Source: Chiloscyllium plagiosum
Lineage: Eukaryota
NCBI RefSeq assembly: GCF_004010195.1
Contig: NC_057718.1
Location: 10,493,181 to 10,557,180, forward strand
Length of the DNA stretch: 64,000 bases
Reading direction: 5' to 3'
The first letter of the stretch is position 1. Every line of letters begins with the position of its first letter. Positions 62,370 to 64,000 of the stretch are shown here, one piece after another. The position numbers and the translations under genes are program-made. The notes under the pieces were generated by a model. It did no database searches, was not told the origin of the DNA, and was given only the letters and a program-made list of their open reading frames with translations.

Positions 62370-64000
62370 CGTTAAGGACAAAAGGGTAACTAGGGACAAA
62401 ATAGGACCCCTCAAAGATCAGCAAGGTGGCCTTTGTGTGGAGCCGCAGAAAATGGGGGAGGTACTAAACGAGTAGTTTGCATCAGTATTTACTGTGGAAA
62501 AGGATATGGAAGATATAGACTGTAGGGAAATAGATGGTGACACCTTGCAAAATGTCCAAATTACAGAGGAGGAAGTGCTGGATGTCTTGAAACACAAAGG
62601 TGGATAAGTCCCCAGGACCTGATCAGGTGTACCCTAGAACTCTGTGGGAAGCTAGAGAAGTGATTGCTGGGCCTCTTGCTGAGGTATTTGTATCATTGAT
62701 AGTCACAGGTGAGGTGCCGGAAGACTGGAGGTTGGCTAAGGTGATGCCACTGTTTCAGAAGGGTGGTAAAGACAAGCCAGGGAACTATAGACCAGTGAGC
62801 CTGACATCGGTGGTGGGCAAGTTGTTGGAGGGAATCCTGAGGGACAGGATGTACATGTATTTAGAAAGGTAAGGACTGATTAGGGATAGTCAAGATGGCT
62901 TTGTGTGTGGGAAATCATGTCTCACAAACTTGATTGAGTTTTTTGAAGAAGTAGCAAAGAGGATTGATGAGGGCAGAGCGGCAGATGTGATCCATATAGA
63001 TTTCAGTAAGGCGTTCGACAAGGTTCCCCATGGGAGATTAATTAGCAAGGTTAGATCTCATGGAATACAGGGAGAACTAGCCATTTGGATACAGAACTGG
63101 CTCAAAGGTAGAAGACAGAGGGTGGTGGTGGCTGGTAGTTTTTCAGACTGGAGACTTGTGACCAGTGGAGTGCCACAAGGATCGGTGCTGGGTCTTCTAC
63201 TTTTTGTCATTTATATAAATGATTTGGATGTGAGCATAAGAGGTACAGTTAGTAAGTTTGCAGATGATACCAAAATTGGAGGTGTAGTGGACAGCGAAGA
63301 GGGTTACTCAGATTACAACAGGACCTTGACCAGATGGGCCAATGGGCAGATGGAGTTTAATTCAGATAAATGCGAGGTGCTGCATTTTAGGAAAGCAAAT
63401 CTTAGCAGGACTTGTACACGCAATGGTAAGGTCCTAGGGAGTGTTGCTGAACAAAGAGACCTTCAAGTGCAGGTTCGTAGCTCCTTGAAAGTGGAGTCGC
63501 AGGTAGATAGGATAGTGAAGAAGACGTTTGGTATGCTTTCCTTTATTGGTCAGAGTATTGAGTACAGGAGTTGGGAGGTCATGTTGCGGCTGTACAGGAC
63601 ATTGGTTATGCCACTGTTGGAATATTGCGTGCAATTCTGGTCTCCTTCCTATCCGAAAGATGTTGTGAAACTTGAAAGGGTTCAGAAAACATTTACAAGG
63701 ATGTTGCCAGGGTTGAAGAATTTAGCTATAGGGAGAGGCTAAACAGGCTGGGGCTGTTTTCCATGGAGCGTTGGAGGCTTAGGGGTGACCTTATAGAAGT
63801 TTACAAAATTATGAGGGGCATGGATAGGATAAATAGACAAAGTTTTTTCCCTGCGGTTGGGGATCAGAACTATGAGCATAGGTTTAGGGTGAGAGGGGAA
63901 AGATATAAAAGAGACCTAAGGAGCAACGTTTTCACACAGAGGGTGGTACGGGTATGGAATGAGCTGCCAGAGGAAGTGGTGGAGGCTGGTACAATTGCAA
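62370..64000 (+). mobile_element. CR1 ORF2 (RT) fragment, relatively well preserved, running off the window
   Basis: ORFs 62600-62872 and 62903-63742: [35 protein letters not shown]. Confidence 0.93.

Overview
Eukaryotic, repeat-rich vertebrate genomic DNA, almost certainly from a shark (HE1-type V-SINEs, Deu-domain SINEs, abundant CR1 and Penelope-like elements); it contains one 174-N assembly gap. Most of the window is a complete 10-exon PPM1G (PP2C-gamma) gene on the minus strand (CDS 55438 to 10828, 1686 nt, 561 aa, all introns GT-AG), with a CpG-island promoter at about 55.0-56.5 kb. Downstream, also on the minus strand, is a 2-exon ENDOD1-like secreted His-Me-finger nuclease gene. Its nuclease frame stops at 2025 and overlaps, in the +1 frame, an intact 541-codon very hydrophobic ORF resembling the ENDOD1 membrane tail. 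The rest is transposon debris: CR1, L1, Rex1, Penelope, pogo/Tigger and SINEs. Best leads: (1) the split ENDOD1 (assembly error, mutation or +1 recoding); (2) a C-terminal fragment of an R2-like retrotransposon ORF trapped between inverted Penelope terminal repeats with a target-site duplication; (3) several families of Penelope-associated minimal hammerhead ribozymes, including an intact-looking 98-bp mini-insertion. Homology calls rest on recalled family motifs, not database searches; most repeat boundaries are approximate.
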